From: Hypanus sabinus
Lineage: Eukaryota
DNA length: 64,000 bases
NCBI RefSeq assembly: GCF_030144855.1
Contig: NC_082736.1
Coordinates: 16,740,001 to 16,804,000, forward strand
Direction of reading: 5' to 3'
Position 1 is the first letter of the stretch. The number at the start of each line of letters is the position of its first letter. This document shows positions 12,501 through 26,464 of this stretch, one piece after another. A model generated the notes under the pieces. The model was not told the DNA's origin and made no database searches. It was given only the letters and a program-made list of their open reading frames with translations. Both the position numbers and the translations under genes were made by a program.

Positions 12501-14558
12501 AAAGGCACTTAGATGCAATATGACCCACCTTTCCACAATTAAAACTGCCATCTTGCCTTTCCTCCTCCTTAATTTTAACACTAGCTCCCGGCTGCCCCAG
12601 CCGGGTGGGCATTCTCTACCGTTCCCACAGTCTCTCTGGTAACTTTTATTCGAGGAAAACTTTGTCTTGTGGGTTAGGGCATATTCATCTGCGAACCTAG
12701 CAAATTTGGAGATGGACTTATTTGGCTTCTCATTCAAATACATCTGGATATCATCCGAAACACAACCTTTAAATTCCTCAATGAGAATTAACTCCCTGAG
12801 ATGCCAAAAATCTTCTTCCACTATTTCTGCTGCACACCAACGAACCAAGAGCACACCCTTCTCATAGGCAAACTCTGCATACGTCTGATTCCACCCTTTC
12901 TTTAAAATTCTGAACTTTTGTCTATACGCTTCAGCTACCAACTCGTAGGTCCGAAGAATGGCCTCCTTTACTTTCTCATAATTCTCAGACTCCTCCTCCT
13001 CCATGGACCATGCCGCATATGCGCCCGTTGGGCCTTCCCTTTTAACACACTTTGTAACAACGCTACCCACTGATCTTTGGGCCACTTCTGACTCACTGCC
13101 ACCTTTTCAAAATGCAAGAAGTAACGATCAACATCCCTCTCCTCAAACGGAGGTACTAAACTAAACTCCCGACTAACATTAAACCGCTTCTCTCGGTCTG
13201 ACCCTTGAGCTCTTCGCTCTTGCCTTAACTTCTCCATGTCCAAGTCATGTTTCCTCTGCTTCTCTTTCTCCTCATACTCCCTCCCCTTCTCTTGTTCTGC
13301 AGCTTCCAGCTGTTTTAACTTAATTTCATGTTCCAACCTTAATTTCTCCAACTATAACTGAGCCGTCCCACTAGCTGCTACTTTTTCAGGGATATTTTCC
13401 AATACCTCAGCAGAAAACACGTTCTTCACAATATAGTTCTGAGTTATAGCCCTCCGCTCCTACCGCTTTTTCATTGACAACCTCATATCTGCGAGATTTA
13501 GTCCTTTCTCAATATTTATCAAGTCCGACTTTGTGGCAGCCTCTAGCACCTCCAGAGTTGGGTTTTCTATAAATTCATCAACGTCCATCTTTGCTGGTTT
13601 CCCGTCTGGTTACCCGCGCAACCAGACCCACGTTTGGACTTAAAACCCGATTCACTGGCCCTCCAATTTGGTATCAAATTTCAAGCCGAGGCCCCCACTT
13701 TGTTACGAACCCCGTAACTGGGTCACTTACCAGCAAAGATAGAGAGATCCGTCGAAGTCTGCTGATACTATTTTTAACAGTATTTATTAGTAAAAATACA
13801 CAGAAATAATATCAATGCAAATATACGGATAATATACGTCATCAATACTAAATCTAAAAGTGCGGGTATAATAATAATAAGAAATTTGCTCTTTCGTTGT
13901 CTAGGGGATAAATGTATTGTCCGATGTAAATATAAAAGTCACTGAGTTCATGCAGGCTGCAGCCTTTGGGGACCGCTGGGTTCACAATGGTTGGAGAGAG
14001 AGAGAGAGATTTGGGAGAAAAACTTGCCGATTCCTTTTATGATTTTGATCTGTCGGAGACTTGTTGGTGTGGCCGTTCACTTGTGGCCTCTCCTTTAGCT
14101 AAGCCGTTCTTCCATGGCGAGCCCGCCAATCCCAGGCAAGGGAAGGACGCACACGAGCCCCCCACTGGCTGTCGCTATTAAACGCTGTCACGGGAGTTCT
14201 AGCGTTTCTCCTGGTGCGGCTGAAGGGGTTGTTCCCCAGACCCTCTTTTATCCTTACTCACGGGGTCTCACATGTCAATCAGGTTGAGATGATGCAATCC
14301 CTCAACCAGCCTACTCTGGTCGTCCCCTGAGGGGCTTCAATGAATAGTACAGTACTCAATACACAATTCAGTCTCCAAGAGACAATGGTCGTTTTCAGTT
14401 GCTTTGTTTCCTTGAGGCCAGGACACATTCCAAACCTTGTGGATTCTGTCTCATTTCCTGGGTCCCCGACCTGAATTAATAGCGATCTTGCGATTCTCAA
14501 AAAGGAGGGGGCGACTTTGTACCCTTCGGTCCCTCAGAGTTGTGGCACATTTTTAACA
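9525..14558 (-). mobile_element. Gmr1-like (SCAN-gag) Ty3/Gypsy LTR element, non-autonomous (no RT/IN)
   Basis: LTRs 9525-10377 and 13701-14558; 4-bp TSD ATCT (9521-9524, 14559-14562); degenerate tRNA-Pro-like PBS TGGGGGCCTCG; polypurine tract at about 10378-10388; gag with SCAN-like YELVAEAYRQKFR and ELILIEEF, zinc knuckle, protease-like RDRGA. Confidence 0.88.
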
Positions 14559-14574
14559 ATCTGCACCAATCATA

Positions 14575-15130
14575 ACAATGTTGAGACTATATAAAGTACT
14601 GGTGAGGTCTCACTGGAGTATTGTGAGCATTTATGAGCCCTTTATCTTAGGAAGGAAGAGCTGAAACTGGATGCGTTTCAAAGGGGATTCTCAAAATTGC
14701 CTCCAGGATGAAACAGCTTGGCATATGAGGAGCGTTTGATTGCTCTGGGCCTGTACTCACTGGAATTTAGGTCAATGAGGGCTGACCTAATTGAAACCTA
14801 TTAAATGGTGAAAGGCCTTGATAAGGTGGATGTGCAGAGGATGGGAGTGTCTGAGACTAGAGGACACAGCCTCAGAATGGAGCATCATCCTTATAGAATG
14901 TGGAGTTGAGGAATTTCTTTAGCCAGAGAGTGGTGAATCTGTGGAATTTGTTGCCTCGGGCAGCTGTGGAGCCAAGACTTTATGTATATTTAAGGCAGAG
15001 GTTGGTAGATTCTTGATTGGTCAGATCATGAAGGGTTACACAGAGAAGGCAGGGGATTGGGGCTTTGAGGGAAAATGGATTAGCCATGATGAAATGACAG
15101 AGCAGATTTGATGGGCCTAATTCTGGTCCT
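14575..15130 (+). mobile_element. CR1 3' fragment
   Basis: Decayed ORF2 tail and 3'UTR similar to the copies at 19870-20265 and 39380-39595. Confidence 0.7.
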
Positions 15131-15134
15131 ATAT

Positions 15135-16440
15135 CTTAGAGTCTATATCACCACCTCTGAAACCTCGATCAATTTTGTCAAGCGTGATCTGCCCACACAA
15201 ATCCATGCTGATTGTCCCTAAGCAGGACATGCCTTTCCAAATGTGCATAAATTCTGTAAGTATCCTCCCCAGTAGCTCCTCTACCACTGAAATGAGGCTG
15301 TGTTGCCTATAGATTCCTGGATTCTTGTTATTTCCCTCCTTGATCAAAGCTGCAACATTTGCGACACTCAAGTCCTGTGGGACCTCACATGTTGTGATCG
15401 AGGACACACTGGTCCTTGTCAAAACGCCAGCAATCTGCTCATTTGCTTCTTTCACTATTGTAGGATATATGCCTTCAGGTCCTGGAGTTTTATCCATCTT
15501 ATTACTTTTCAGATGTCCCAGCACAACCTTCTCCTTAATCTCAACACATCTCTGCACATTAGCATGCTCCACTCTGTTTTCATTGACATTCAATTCCTTC
15601 TCCTCAGTAAATATTGACATAAAATACTCATTTAGTACCTCAGCCACTTGGTCTGCCTTCAACCTCATCATTCCTTCTTTAATCTTGAGTTGACCTTTCC
15701 ATTCTCTGGTTAGCCTCGTTTTATTAATACAAATCAACAGGCCTTGGGATTATCGTTGGTCCGACATTGCAAGGACTGTCTGTGGACCCATTTGGCCTTT
15801 CCTATCACCTGCATTTGCATTTCCCTGCTATCTTTATATTTCAAAAGAACCCAGTCTGATTTCAGTTTCATAAACCTTCCATATCCTTTTGACTAAATTT
15901 AGGATCTCTCCATTCATCCAAACTTCCCTTGCCTTACCATCCTTGTCCTTACTCCTTACAGGAACATGCTGATCATGAACTCCGAGCTGCTGGTCTTTAA
16001 ACAACTCCCGCATGTCAGATGTGGACTTGTTTAACAGTGGCTGCTCCCAATCAATGACACTTGGCATCTGTCTTACTCTGTCCTAACTTGCCCTCTTGCA
16101 ATTCAGTACCTTCATACAAGATTTGATTTTATTCTTCCTCATAACTAAGCAAAAAAAATAAGATCCCAGAATATTCACTGACTCTTAACTGTCAGCTGGC
16201 CTGGCTCATTTCCCAAAACTAATTCCTCCTGTTCTCTCCTCTCGTTGAGCTCTGTACATAATGTTTCAAACACTCTTAAGATTCAATGAAGAAATCTTGT
16301 GCATCTAAGTATTAAACAAATTCCCATCAATTCTAGGGAAGATAAAGTTCCCCCACTGGTTATTGGGGGCCAGTACGATAATCCCATCAGTTGATCTGCA
16401 GATTGCCTCTGTAAATGAGCTTTCCAGTTTGTTGTGACAT
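15135..16440 (-). mobile_element. Old CR1 ORF2 remnant, part of the duplicated H4-upstream block
   Basis: ORF 15129-15737 has EVLNEYFMSIFT, KTPGPEGIYP and YRQHSLISVV; co-linear copy at about 46530-47660. Confidence 0.75.
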
Positions 16441-17394
16441 TCCCAGTGGGGTAACCTCTGCTCCCGCTCACATGTAAAACAATGAAACGCAGGAGCGTTG
16501 AGCTGCCAGCCCTGTCCATCCGACAACATAATACTCCTAATGTTGAAAAAAACTCATTTCAGCCCATCAGTCAGAGAATGTTTATCAGCTCTCGTTCTTT
16601 ACAGACTGTCTTGTCACATACATACGTTCTCCCACTTGCAACTCCAGTTCAAACTCTGCCAAGTGACACCATCAAACCTCCTGGTGAGAATATTGTTTCC
16701 CCTCTGGTTCAGATGCAAATAGCCTTGTTTGTCCTGGTCTCCCACCTGCCTGGAAGGGAGCCCATTGATCCATGAATCTGAAGACCTACCTCCTGCATCA
16801 GTTCCTCAGCAACATATTAAACTTCACAAAATATCATTTTCTCACCACACCAGCACATGTTTTGGCCCACAATTCCGTAATTACAATGCTGAAAGTCCTG
16901 CTTTTTAACCTCACTCCCGAAAATCACTGTAGGCCCTCATACCTGCTCGTTTAAACCTTCAACATATTGGCTCCCCTCCTCCTTGGATCCGTCTCACCTT
17001 TCCCTCGTGACCTCAATGATCCTTGTACCAGAAGCCCCCAACCACGACGCACCAGAAGCACGGTCTATATATCCTTATATCTGCCTATGTATCCTGTTCC
17101 TTTATGTGACTGGACTTTCATTTCCCTCGCAACCCAGAGGGACAATTGTTCTAATGAATTAACCCTCTCATCACTGGAAGTGAATGCACCCTCGCCCACC
17201 AACTGCTGCGTTGTGAGGGCGTTCGCACTGGTCCTGGGGCCGGGGAGGGCAGTCCGAGGTTCTCAGGTATTTGCGAAATGGAAAAGCACTTCCTGTAATT
17301 TAAAGCACGAGAATCAGGACATTTTCAGAAATTCTCCAGTCTGTACGTGGTGTGCGTGGTGTGTGGGGGAGTTTCTTTTCTGCTCGAGCGCTGT

Positions 17395-17926
<532 letters not shown>

Positions 17927-17959
17927 AAAACTCCCACTTCCTCCCGAGAACAAAACAAA

Positions 17960-17998
17960 GGCTCTTCTAAGAGCCACCCACCGCCTCACAGAGGGAGC
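17960..17998 (+). terminator. Histone 3' stem-loop and purine-rich downstream element (HDE)
   Basis: GGCTCT-TCTA-AGAGCC (17960-17975), then ACCCA and AGAGGGAGC. Confidence 0.92.
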
Positions 17999-18577
17999 AG
18001 TAACAGGTGAAGATTTAATATTTATTTCAATTAATGTTTTTGTTGAAGCTCAAAGTTATCGTAATTCTCGGGGTGAGGAGATTGTCTCAGATGTTGATGA
18101 ACTACACTTGTTTTCATTATGTAGGGTCAGGGTAAATCTGACCCCTACCCTCTCGCTGCAGTTCTCCCGCAAAGTTGGATATACCTTGGATCTTGACATC
18201 ACGATTCAGCTTGTTTTGGAAAGTAATACAGGACATTTAATTTCACTCTTGTTCCTCACAAAAAATCTCAATTAGTTCGAAATTGGTGTGTAAGTAACGG
18301 AAAGTAGAGGTAGTGACTTACGATCGCCCGTGAAGCTCATCGTTCACCCATTACCCCCAATCTGGCCTAACTGCTCTGGAATGGCGGGCGGATAGAAGCC
18401 AATCATAGCCCTGGTTAATATATGTGATATTTGACAGGACAGTACAACAGTAAGTGCAGGACTCAGCTCCAGGTCAGTCAGCGCTCTGCCTGCTACACAC
18501 CAGTAATGAATTTCATTTTACCCTACAGGAAAGGAATGAAATGGAGACCTTCCCTCCGCCCTCTTACTAACTGTACA

Positions 18578-18619
18578 GCAGCCCTTTCACGGACGTTGTG
18601 AGTGGCTCTGAAAAGAGCC
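18578..18619 (-). terminator. Histone 3' stem-loop and HDE of H2A
   Basis: Minus strand GGCTCT-TTTC-AGAGCC (18619-18604), followed by ACTCA and GAAAGGGCTG. Confidence 0.92.
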
Positions 18620-18649
18620 TTTGGGTTACTGGGTTCAGTGTCTGTCAGT

Positions 18650-19039
<390 letters not shown>

Positions 19040-19080
19040 TCAGCAAGTCTTTCACAGAGAATGAGGGAATACGATAGCAC

Positions 19081-19280
19081 TCGCCCTTCTTCTACTTTCC
19101 AGAGGAATGCAGCAGAGCGTTTGTGATTGGTGCAACAGCGCTTAATCTAATTGGAGAGAGCACATAATCCAATCAGAGAGCTGATTTATTCACCAATCAG
19201 GAGACCACATCTGCAGAAGCGCAAAAAAAAACCGCGTACATCCCAACTGAACTGAAATGTGAAAAAAAGCCCGCCAAATG
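19081..19280 (-). promoter_or_regulatory. H2A promoter with CCAAT boxes in both orientations
   Basis: ATTGG at 19126-19130 and 19150-19154; CCAAT at 19169-19173 and 19193-19197; E2F-like CCCGCCAAA at about 19270; no clear TATA. Confidence 0.65.
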
Positions 19281-19869
19281 GTCCTTTGTGAAAGCCTAAT
19301 CTGAAGTTAAATCTAATTATCGACTCGATATCCGCATTGTTCCGTGTTCAGCTCTCGCATTGAAGTGAGATTCAGAGAAGTTACCAAAATGGGACAGAAA
19401 TTAATGAAGTTCATTCCCCACCCCAATTAAACCAGGAACCGCAGAACTGTCTCCTATAGAAATACTTTATGTGATGAGCAAGACGAACTGACAGGGAGGG
19501 AGTGGGTAGTGTTTGTGTCTGTGCTGTACGAATGTAACAAAGACATTATAATTATACCGAGCGGTGGGCCAACTCTGATTAACATGGAGAGAATTTGGAT
19601 TAGATTACGAAGAAATTTCTGCACTTTAATATCTAAATTAATATTTCCAAAATTTAATGTATAAATATTAATGTAACTATTTTGATGTTATCTCCGGTAC
19701 ACAGTGAATGTCAGATTCCTGGGAAGTGTTCATGAACAGAGACTTTGCGGGTTTCTGCCTCCACCACCTCCTCTGGCAGCTCATTCCAGATTACAGCTAT
19801 TCACTGTGTGAAATACCTAACCTTCAAATTTCATCTCTGCCTTAAAACTATTATCTTTAGTTTGATTCT

Positions 19870-22500
19870 GGACCTCTGCTCACTGGATTTCAGAAGAATG
19901 AGTGGTGAGCTCACTGAAACCCTATCGAATGTTTGAAAGGCCTTGATAGTGAATGTGGGTGGGGTGCTTCCTGTTGTGAGTAGCCTAAGACTAGAGGACA
20001 CAGTCTTTTTGAATGGAGATGAGGAGGTATTTCTTTAGCCAGAAAGTGGTGAATCTGTGGAATTCAGTGTCACATGTGGCTGTGGGAGCCAAGACTTTAT
20101 GTATATTTAACTTAGAGATTGATACGCTCATGATTAGCCAGGACATGAAGAAACATGGGGACAAGGCAGGAGATTGGGGCTGAGGGAGAATGAATCAGCC
20201 ATGATGAAATGGAGCAGCAGACACGATGGGCGAAATGGCCTAATTCGGTTCCTCTATCTTATAGGATGAAGGTCTGATGATCTTAAAACGTGTGTCATGT
20301 TGGTCAAACATGAGTTACATTTCACCAACCAGCTGGCAGCCTCTCAAACCATGTCTCAGGTGGACATCATGATGAAGAAAACTTCAAGGAACAATGCTTC
20401 AAAAAGTTGGCATCCATCAATAAAAACCCTCCTCACCTGGATATGCACTCTTCTCATTGCCACCATCATGGAGCAGGTACAGGAGCCTGAAGGCACACAC
20501 GGTAATAGTAATAGCTGCTTCACCTCTGCCATCAGATTTCTGAATGGACATTGAACCCTTGAACACTATCTCACTACTCTTTTTGCTTTATTTATGTATT
20601 TTATCTTTTTAATGTATATGTATCTACATTAATTTACAGTTTTTTTATTACTATATATTGTAATGTACTGCCTAACAACAAATTTCATGGCATATGCCGG
20701 TGATATTAAATCTGACTCTGGCACACTGTCCTTCGCCAGTCCGTGCACTGAGAACAGATGTCAGGATGTTGTGTTACAGTTGTACAAGATGTTGCTGAGG
20801 CCGCATTGAAATATTATGTTTAGTTTTGCTCACTCTGCTCCAGGAAAGATGTCGATTAGGCTGGAAGGAATGCAGGAGAGATGTACACGGATCTTGCCAG
20901 GACTTGAATGGCTGAGTTATGAAGAGTGGCTGAGCTGGTTAAGACTGTTTTCCTTGGAATGTGGGAGAATGAGGGGCAATATCATACACATGTATGAAAT
21001 AGCAAGGGTCATAGATTGGGTGAATGCACAGAGACTTTTTAACAGGGATGTGGAATCAGGAACTTGAGGGTACTAGTTGGTGAGAGGCAGAGATTGAATA
21101 GGAACATGATGGGCTATTTCTTTCACCCAGGCAGTGTAGGATATGGAGCCAACTGCCAGAGGAAATGATTGAGATTAACAAGATTGAAAAGCTATTGGAC
21201 AGGGATGTGGATAGAAAAGCTTCAGTCTGATATGGGTGCAACCAGTATGGGAGATTTCTTGCCCTGGGCCAGATGGACAGAACTTCTCTAACTGACTTGT
21301 AATTTCTTCCAAGATCATAGACTCCATCATCTTGCCATCAACAAATGTGAAGTAAACAGGATTACAATTACCTTCTGCTGTCTTCTAACTTTCTGGAACA
21401 ATAGAAAAAATTGAGATTTTTCACTTCACTGGGATATTCATGGAACACTGGGCATTTTGACAAACTGCAACTTCTTTCTCCATTTTCTCTCCAGCCATTT
21501 CCCTGTAAAACCCTCAAGTGCAGGTCGTTGAGACCTGATGATGTTTGCCATTAGTCTCATTAGTTTTTCTCTCATGATAGTGACTGCTGCAAATTATTGC
21601 ACGGTGTTGAAATGTCAACAGAGATAATTTTGAGATGTGTGCTATGTCCCCAGTGTACACCCTGTTCACAGTGTTGAGTTTAATTTATTGTAATTTACAT
21701 GCAGGTATAAGCTTTTGAGTCTCTTCCCACTGGAAGTCTCAGTCCAGTGGTCTACCTCTGGGCCCTGTCACTTTCTGTGCTCTAGACTTCCACTTATTAT
21801 TTCCCTGGAGTCCATCTTTCTCCTGGATTCCCCTGTTTAATTGGGATCAATAGCTGCTGATTGCTAGGAACCAGCTGTTTAAACATATGCCACTGCACAT
21901 CCAGAGAGCTGTCCATGAGCCTGTTTACCCTGTCCACCCCAGACATCTCCACCCTCAGTGTAACATGCTGTCGAAAGACACAGTCCCTGAACATTCCAAA
22001 CCAGCTCTTCCTCTGTACCAGTTTGATTAGTTTAATCAATACAGAGGTTAAATTCGCCTATGTTAGTCACGGTTCCTTTCTTAGCTCCCTTTAATCATTT
22101 CCCCTTTTGTGCTTTGTCCCATGAAAAGGTAACATGTGATGGTTCAGGGTGCTCTACCTCCCACCTCATCTCCCCCCTGTTGTTCATTGTCTCTACATGT
22201 ACATCAGCCTCACCACCACATGATGAACAAAGCCGCCCTCCTTATTTCACTTCTGCAGATTTGTGTGGAATATTGAATATGCTGGATAACTGAGTTCCCA
22301 GTCCTGGTCAGCCTACAACTTTATCCTTGCAATTGTAAGATTAAACATGTGTCTCACAATACAAGACAGTGACTGCATACAATCACACTATCTGTATTCC
22401 CCATCATTTTATATACCTCTATTAAATCTCCCCTCATTCTCTTATGCTCCAAAGAATAAAGTCCTAACACACTTAACCTTTCCCTGTTTATCAGTTCATC
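19870..22500. mobile_element. Mosaic of old CR1 fragments and a Rex-Babar 3' fragment (about 20340-20720)
   Basis: CR1 tail translation (ORF 20816-21067, LEGMQERCTRILPG); Rex-like NSCFTSAIRFLN; minus-strand CR1 relic 21340-22040 homologous to 1410-1660. Confidence 0.6.
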
Positions 22501-22759
22501 AAACCTTGGTGACATCCTTTTAAATGTTAATTCTGTAGCGGTGTGCTACACGCAGCGCTAAAATTACGACACGGAGTCAGTAACTGCAGTCGAAGGAAAA
22601 AACTTTATTCGAAAACTTCAGCCTCACTTTTAAGCCTCCGTCAACCGGCCCCCCATGGCGCAGAGGCTCCAAAGCTCTGTGCTCGCAAACCCCCGTATGC
22701 TATCTAATTGTGAGTCGGTTCGGATACGCTAGGAAATGGGTCGCCACATAACCCCCCCC

Positions 22760-25700
22760 CCCCCAGAACCGGCGATACACCCCCCAATGTCCACAGTCTG
22801 GGCCAGAACCTGCTTGGGAGGTCGGCCTCTGCGCCGAGGCGCCGGAAACTCGGCCGGTTGCGCCAGGTCCACATGGGCCGGCTTGAGGCGGTCCACCGTG
22901 AAAACCTCCTCCTTCCCCCCAACGTCCAGCACGAACGTGGACCCGTTGTTCCGGAGCACCATAAACGGCCCCTCGTATGGCCGCTGCAGCGGTGGCCGAT
23001 GCCCGCCCCTTCGTACAAACACAAACTTACAGTTCTGTAGGTCTTTGGGTACGCAGGTCGGGTGCCGCCCATGCTGTGAAGTGGGTATGGGGGCCAGGTT
23101 ACCGAGCTTCTCGCGAAGTCTGCCCAGGACTGCTGCGGGTTCTTCCTCTTGCCCCCTTGGGGCTGGTAGTAACTCCCCGGGGACGACCAGGGGCGCGCCG
23201 TATACCAACTCGGCCGACGAGGCGTGCAGGTCGTCCTTGGGCGCTGTGCGGATGCCGAGTAGGACCCAGGGAAGCTCGGCGGGCCATGAGGGCCGACTTC
23301 AGGTGACGGTGGAAACGCTCCACTAGCCCGCTCGACTGTGGGTGGTAGGCAGTTGTGTGGTGCAGCTGAGTCCCCAAAAGGCTGGCCATAGCTGACCACA
23401 GGCTGCAGGTGAACTGGGCTCCTCTGTCGGAGGTAATGTGGGCTGGTACACCAAAGCGAGATATCCAGGTGGCGATCAGGGCTCGGGCGCAAGATTCGGA
23501 GGTGGTGTCGGTGAGCGGGACTGCCTCTGGCCATCTTGTGAACCGGTCCACGATAGTCAGGAGGTAACGCGCTCCGCGCGACACTGGCAGGGGGCCCACG
23601 ATATCCACATGAATGTGGTCGAAACTCCGGTGGGCGGGATGGAACTGCTGCGGTGGGGCTTTGGTGTGCCGCTGCACCTTGGCCGACTGGCAGTGCATGC
23701 ACGTTCTGGCCCATTCACTGACCTGTTTGCGGAGTCCGTGCCAAACGAACCTGCTGGAAACCATCCGGACAGTTGTCCGGATGGAGGGATGCGCCAAGTT
23801 ATGAATGGAGTCGAAAACGCGGCGCCGCCATGCTGTCGGGACGACCGGACGGGGCTGGCCGGTGGCGACGTCACTGAGTAGGGTCCTCTCACCCGGGCCC
23901 ACGGGGAGGTCCTGGAGCTGCAGACCGGAGACTGCGGTCCTGTAACTCGGAATCTCCTCATCCGCCTGCTGCGCCTCTGCCAGCGCCTCAAAGTCTACCC
24001 CTTGGGAAAGGGCATGAACGGTAGGGCGAGAGAGCGCATCCGCCACGACATTGTCCTTACCCGAGACGTGCCGGACATCCGTCGTGTACTCAGAGATGTA
24101 GGACAGGTGGCGTTGCTGGCGGGATGACCAGGGGTCGGATGCTTTCGTAAACGCAGAGGTAAGCGGTTTGTGGTCCGTGAACGCGGTGAAGGGCCGACCT
24201 TCAAGGAAGTACCTGAAATGCCGGATTGCCAGGTAGAGCGCCAACAGTTCCCGGTCGAAAGCACTGTACTTAAGCTCGGGTGGTCGCAGGTGTTTGCTGA
24301 AAAACGCCAGGGTTTGCCAGCGACCTGCGATGAGTTGCTCCAGCACCCCACCGACTGCCGTGTTGGATGCGTCCACTGTGAGGGCGGTAGGGGTGTCCAT
24401 TCTGGGATGTACTAGCATTGCGGCGTCCGCCAAAGCTTCCTTCGTTTGAACGAAAGCGGCGGCGGACTCCTCGTCCCAGGTAATGTCCTTGCTCGGACCC
24501 GACATCAGGGCGAACAGGGGGCGCATGATCCGGGCAGCTGAAGGGAGGAAGCGGCGGTAGAAATTGACCATACCTACGAATTCCTGAAGGCCTTTGATCG
24601 TGGTGGGTCGGGGGAAGTGGCGGACCGCATCTACCTTAGCGGGCAGAGGGGTTGCCCCGTCTTTAGTAATTCTGTGGCCCAGGAAGTCAATGGTATCGAG
24701 TCCGAACTGGCATTTGGCAGGGTTGATTGTAAGACCGTACTCACTCAGTCGGGCGCAGAGTTGACGGAGGTGGGACAGATGCTCCTGACGACTGCCGCTG
24801 GCTATGAGGATGTCATCCAAATAGATGAACGCGAAGACCAGGTCCCGTCCCACCGCGTCCATTAACCGCTGGAACGTCTGTGCGGCATTCTTCAGGCCGA
24901 ACGGCATGCGGAGGAACTCGAAAAGGCCGAATGGGGTGATGAGAGCCGTTTTGGGGACGTCGTCAGGATGCATCGGGATTTGATGGTATCCCCGGACGAG
25001 ATCTACCTTGGAGAAGATCCGTGCGCCGTGCAGGTTTGCCGCAAAGTCCTGAATGTGCGGCACAGGGTAGCGGTCCGGTGTGGTAGCCTCGTTCAGCCTG
25101 CGGTAGTCGCCGCACGGTCTCCAGCCCCCCGTCGCTTTGGGCACCATGTGCAGGGGGGAGGCCCATGGGCTGTCGGACCGCCGGATGATCCCCAATTCCT
25201 CCATCCTCTGGAACTCCTCCTTCGCCAGTCGGAGCTTGTCGGGGGAAAGCCGCCGAGCACGGGCATGGAGGGGTGGTCCCTGGGTCGGGATGTGGTGCTG
25301 TACGCCGTGCCTGGGCATGGCTGCTGTGAACTGCGGTGCCAGAACCGATGGGAACTCCGCCAGGACCCTGGTGAAGTCGTTGTCGGACAGCGTGATGGAG
25401 CCGAGGTGAGGGGCCGGCAACTGGGCTGCACCCAGGGAGAACGTCTGAAAGGTCTCGGCGTGTACCAGTCTCTTCCTGGGCAGGTCGCCCAGCAGGCTGT
25501 GAGCCCGCAAAAAATCCGCACCCAGAAGCGGTTGGGCTACGGCGGCCAGTGTGAAGTCCCACGTGAACGGGCTGGAGCCGAACTGTAGCTGCACCTGGCG
25601 GGTGCCATAGGTCCTTACGGTGCTGCCATTCACGGCCCTCAGGGGGGGACCCGGTGCCCTGCTGCGGGTGTCGTAACTCGTCGGAGGTAAAACGCTGATC

Positions 25701-25816
25701 TCAGCCCCAGTATCGACCAAAAACCGGCGTCCCGACCTTCTATCCCACACATACAGGAGGCTATCCCGATGGCCAGCCGCCGTAGCCATCAGCGGCGGCT
25801 GGCCCTGGCGTTTCCC
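22760..25816 (-). pseudogene. Gypsy pol (PR-RT-RNase H-IN), frameshifted in the integrase near 23280
   Basis: PR FLVDTGA; [14 protein letters not shown]; RNase H TVDAS, RELLA, TDHKPL; IN HNLAH..CMHC, HVDIVG, SDRG, VERFH; GPY/F tail RPYEGPF in ORF 22729-23208. Confidence 0.93.
25759..25816 (-). other. -1 ribosomal frameshift cassette (slippery heptamer + pseudoknot) at the gag-pol junction
   Basis: G GGA AAC in the gag frame, 5-nt spacer, 12-bp stem GGCCAGCCGCCG/CGGCGGCTGGCC, loop GGCTA complementary to downstream TAGCC. Confidence 0.85.
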
Positions 25817-26464
25817 GGGAACTTGCAGGGCGGGCAACAACGGCGGGCTTCTGCGCCCCACCGCTGGTGGTAGAAGCACCAGTGTTCATTGGGCCGGGGG
25901 TTGGCGGGCTCTGCGGGCGGGCCTAGACTGGTTTGCTGCCGGGAGCGGGGCTGGGAGATCCGTGCGATCCTTTTTGACGTTCCACAGCAAGTCCGCCCGG
26001 GCTGCCACCTTCCGGGGGTCACTGAAATCCCTGTCGGACAGCAGCAGGCGGATGTCCTCGGGCAGCTGCTCCAGGAATGCCTGCTCAAACATGAGGCAGG
26101 GTGTGTGTTCGTCGGCGAGAGACAACATCTCATTCATTAAAGCCGATGGAGGTCTGTCGCCCAAGCCATCCAGGTGCAGTAAACGGGCAGCCCGCTCGCG
26201 CCGTGAGAGTCCGAAAGTCCTGAGGAGCAGGGCTTTGAATTCCGTGTACTTGCCGTCTGCCGGGGGCGACTGTACGAACTCCGCGACCTGGGCCGCTGTG
26301 TCCTGGTCGAGGGAGCTCACCACGTAGTAGTAGCGGGAGTCTTCTGAGGTGATCCGGCGAACGTGGAATTGGGCTTCGGCTTGCTGGAACCATAGGTCCG
26401 GGCGCTGTGTCCAGAAACCTGGCAGTTTCAACGAAACCGCATGAACAGAGGCGGCGTCGGTCAT
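25789..26464 (-). pseudogene. Gypsy gag, frameshifted near 25965
   Basis: MTDAASVHAVSLKLPGFW..WFQQAEAQF in ORF 25886-26503; C-terminal [18 protein letters not shown] in the other frame (ORF 25789-26133). Confidence 0.85.

Noticed and set aside
19471-19580. GTGATGA ... CTGA resembling a C/D box snoRNA
   Set aside because: No terminal stem, no recognisable guide and no host intron; such short motifs occur by chance
22704-25588. Many long alternative-frame and antisense ORFs within the Gypsy element
   Set aside because: High GC content depletes stop codons; no recognisable domains apart from gag/pol pieces
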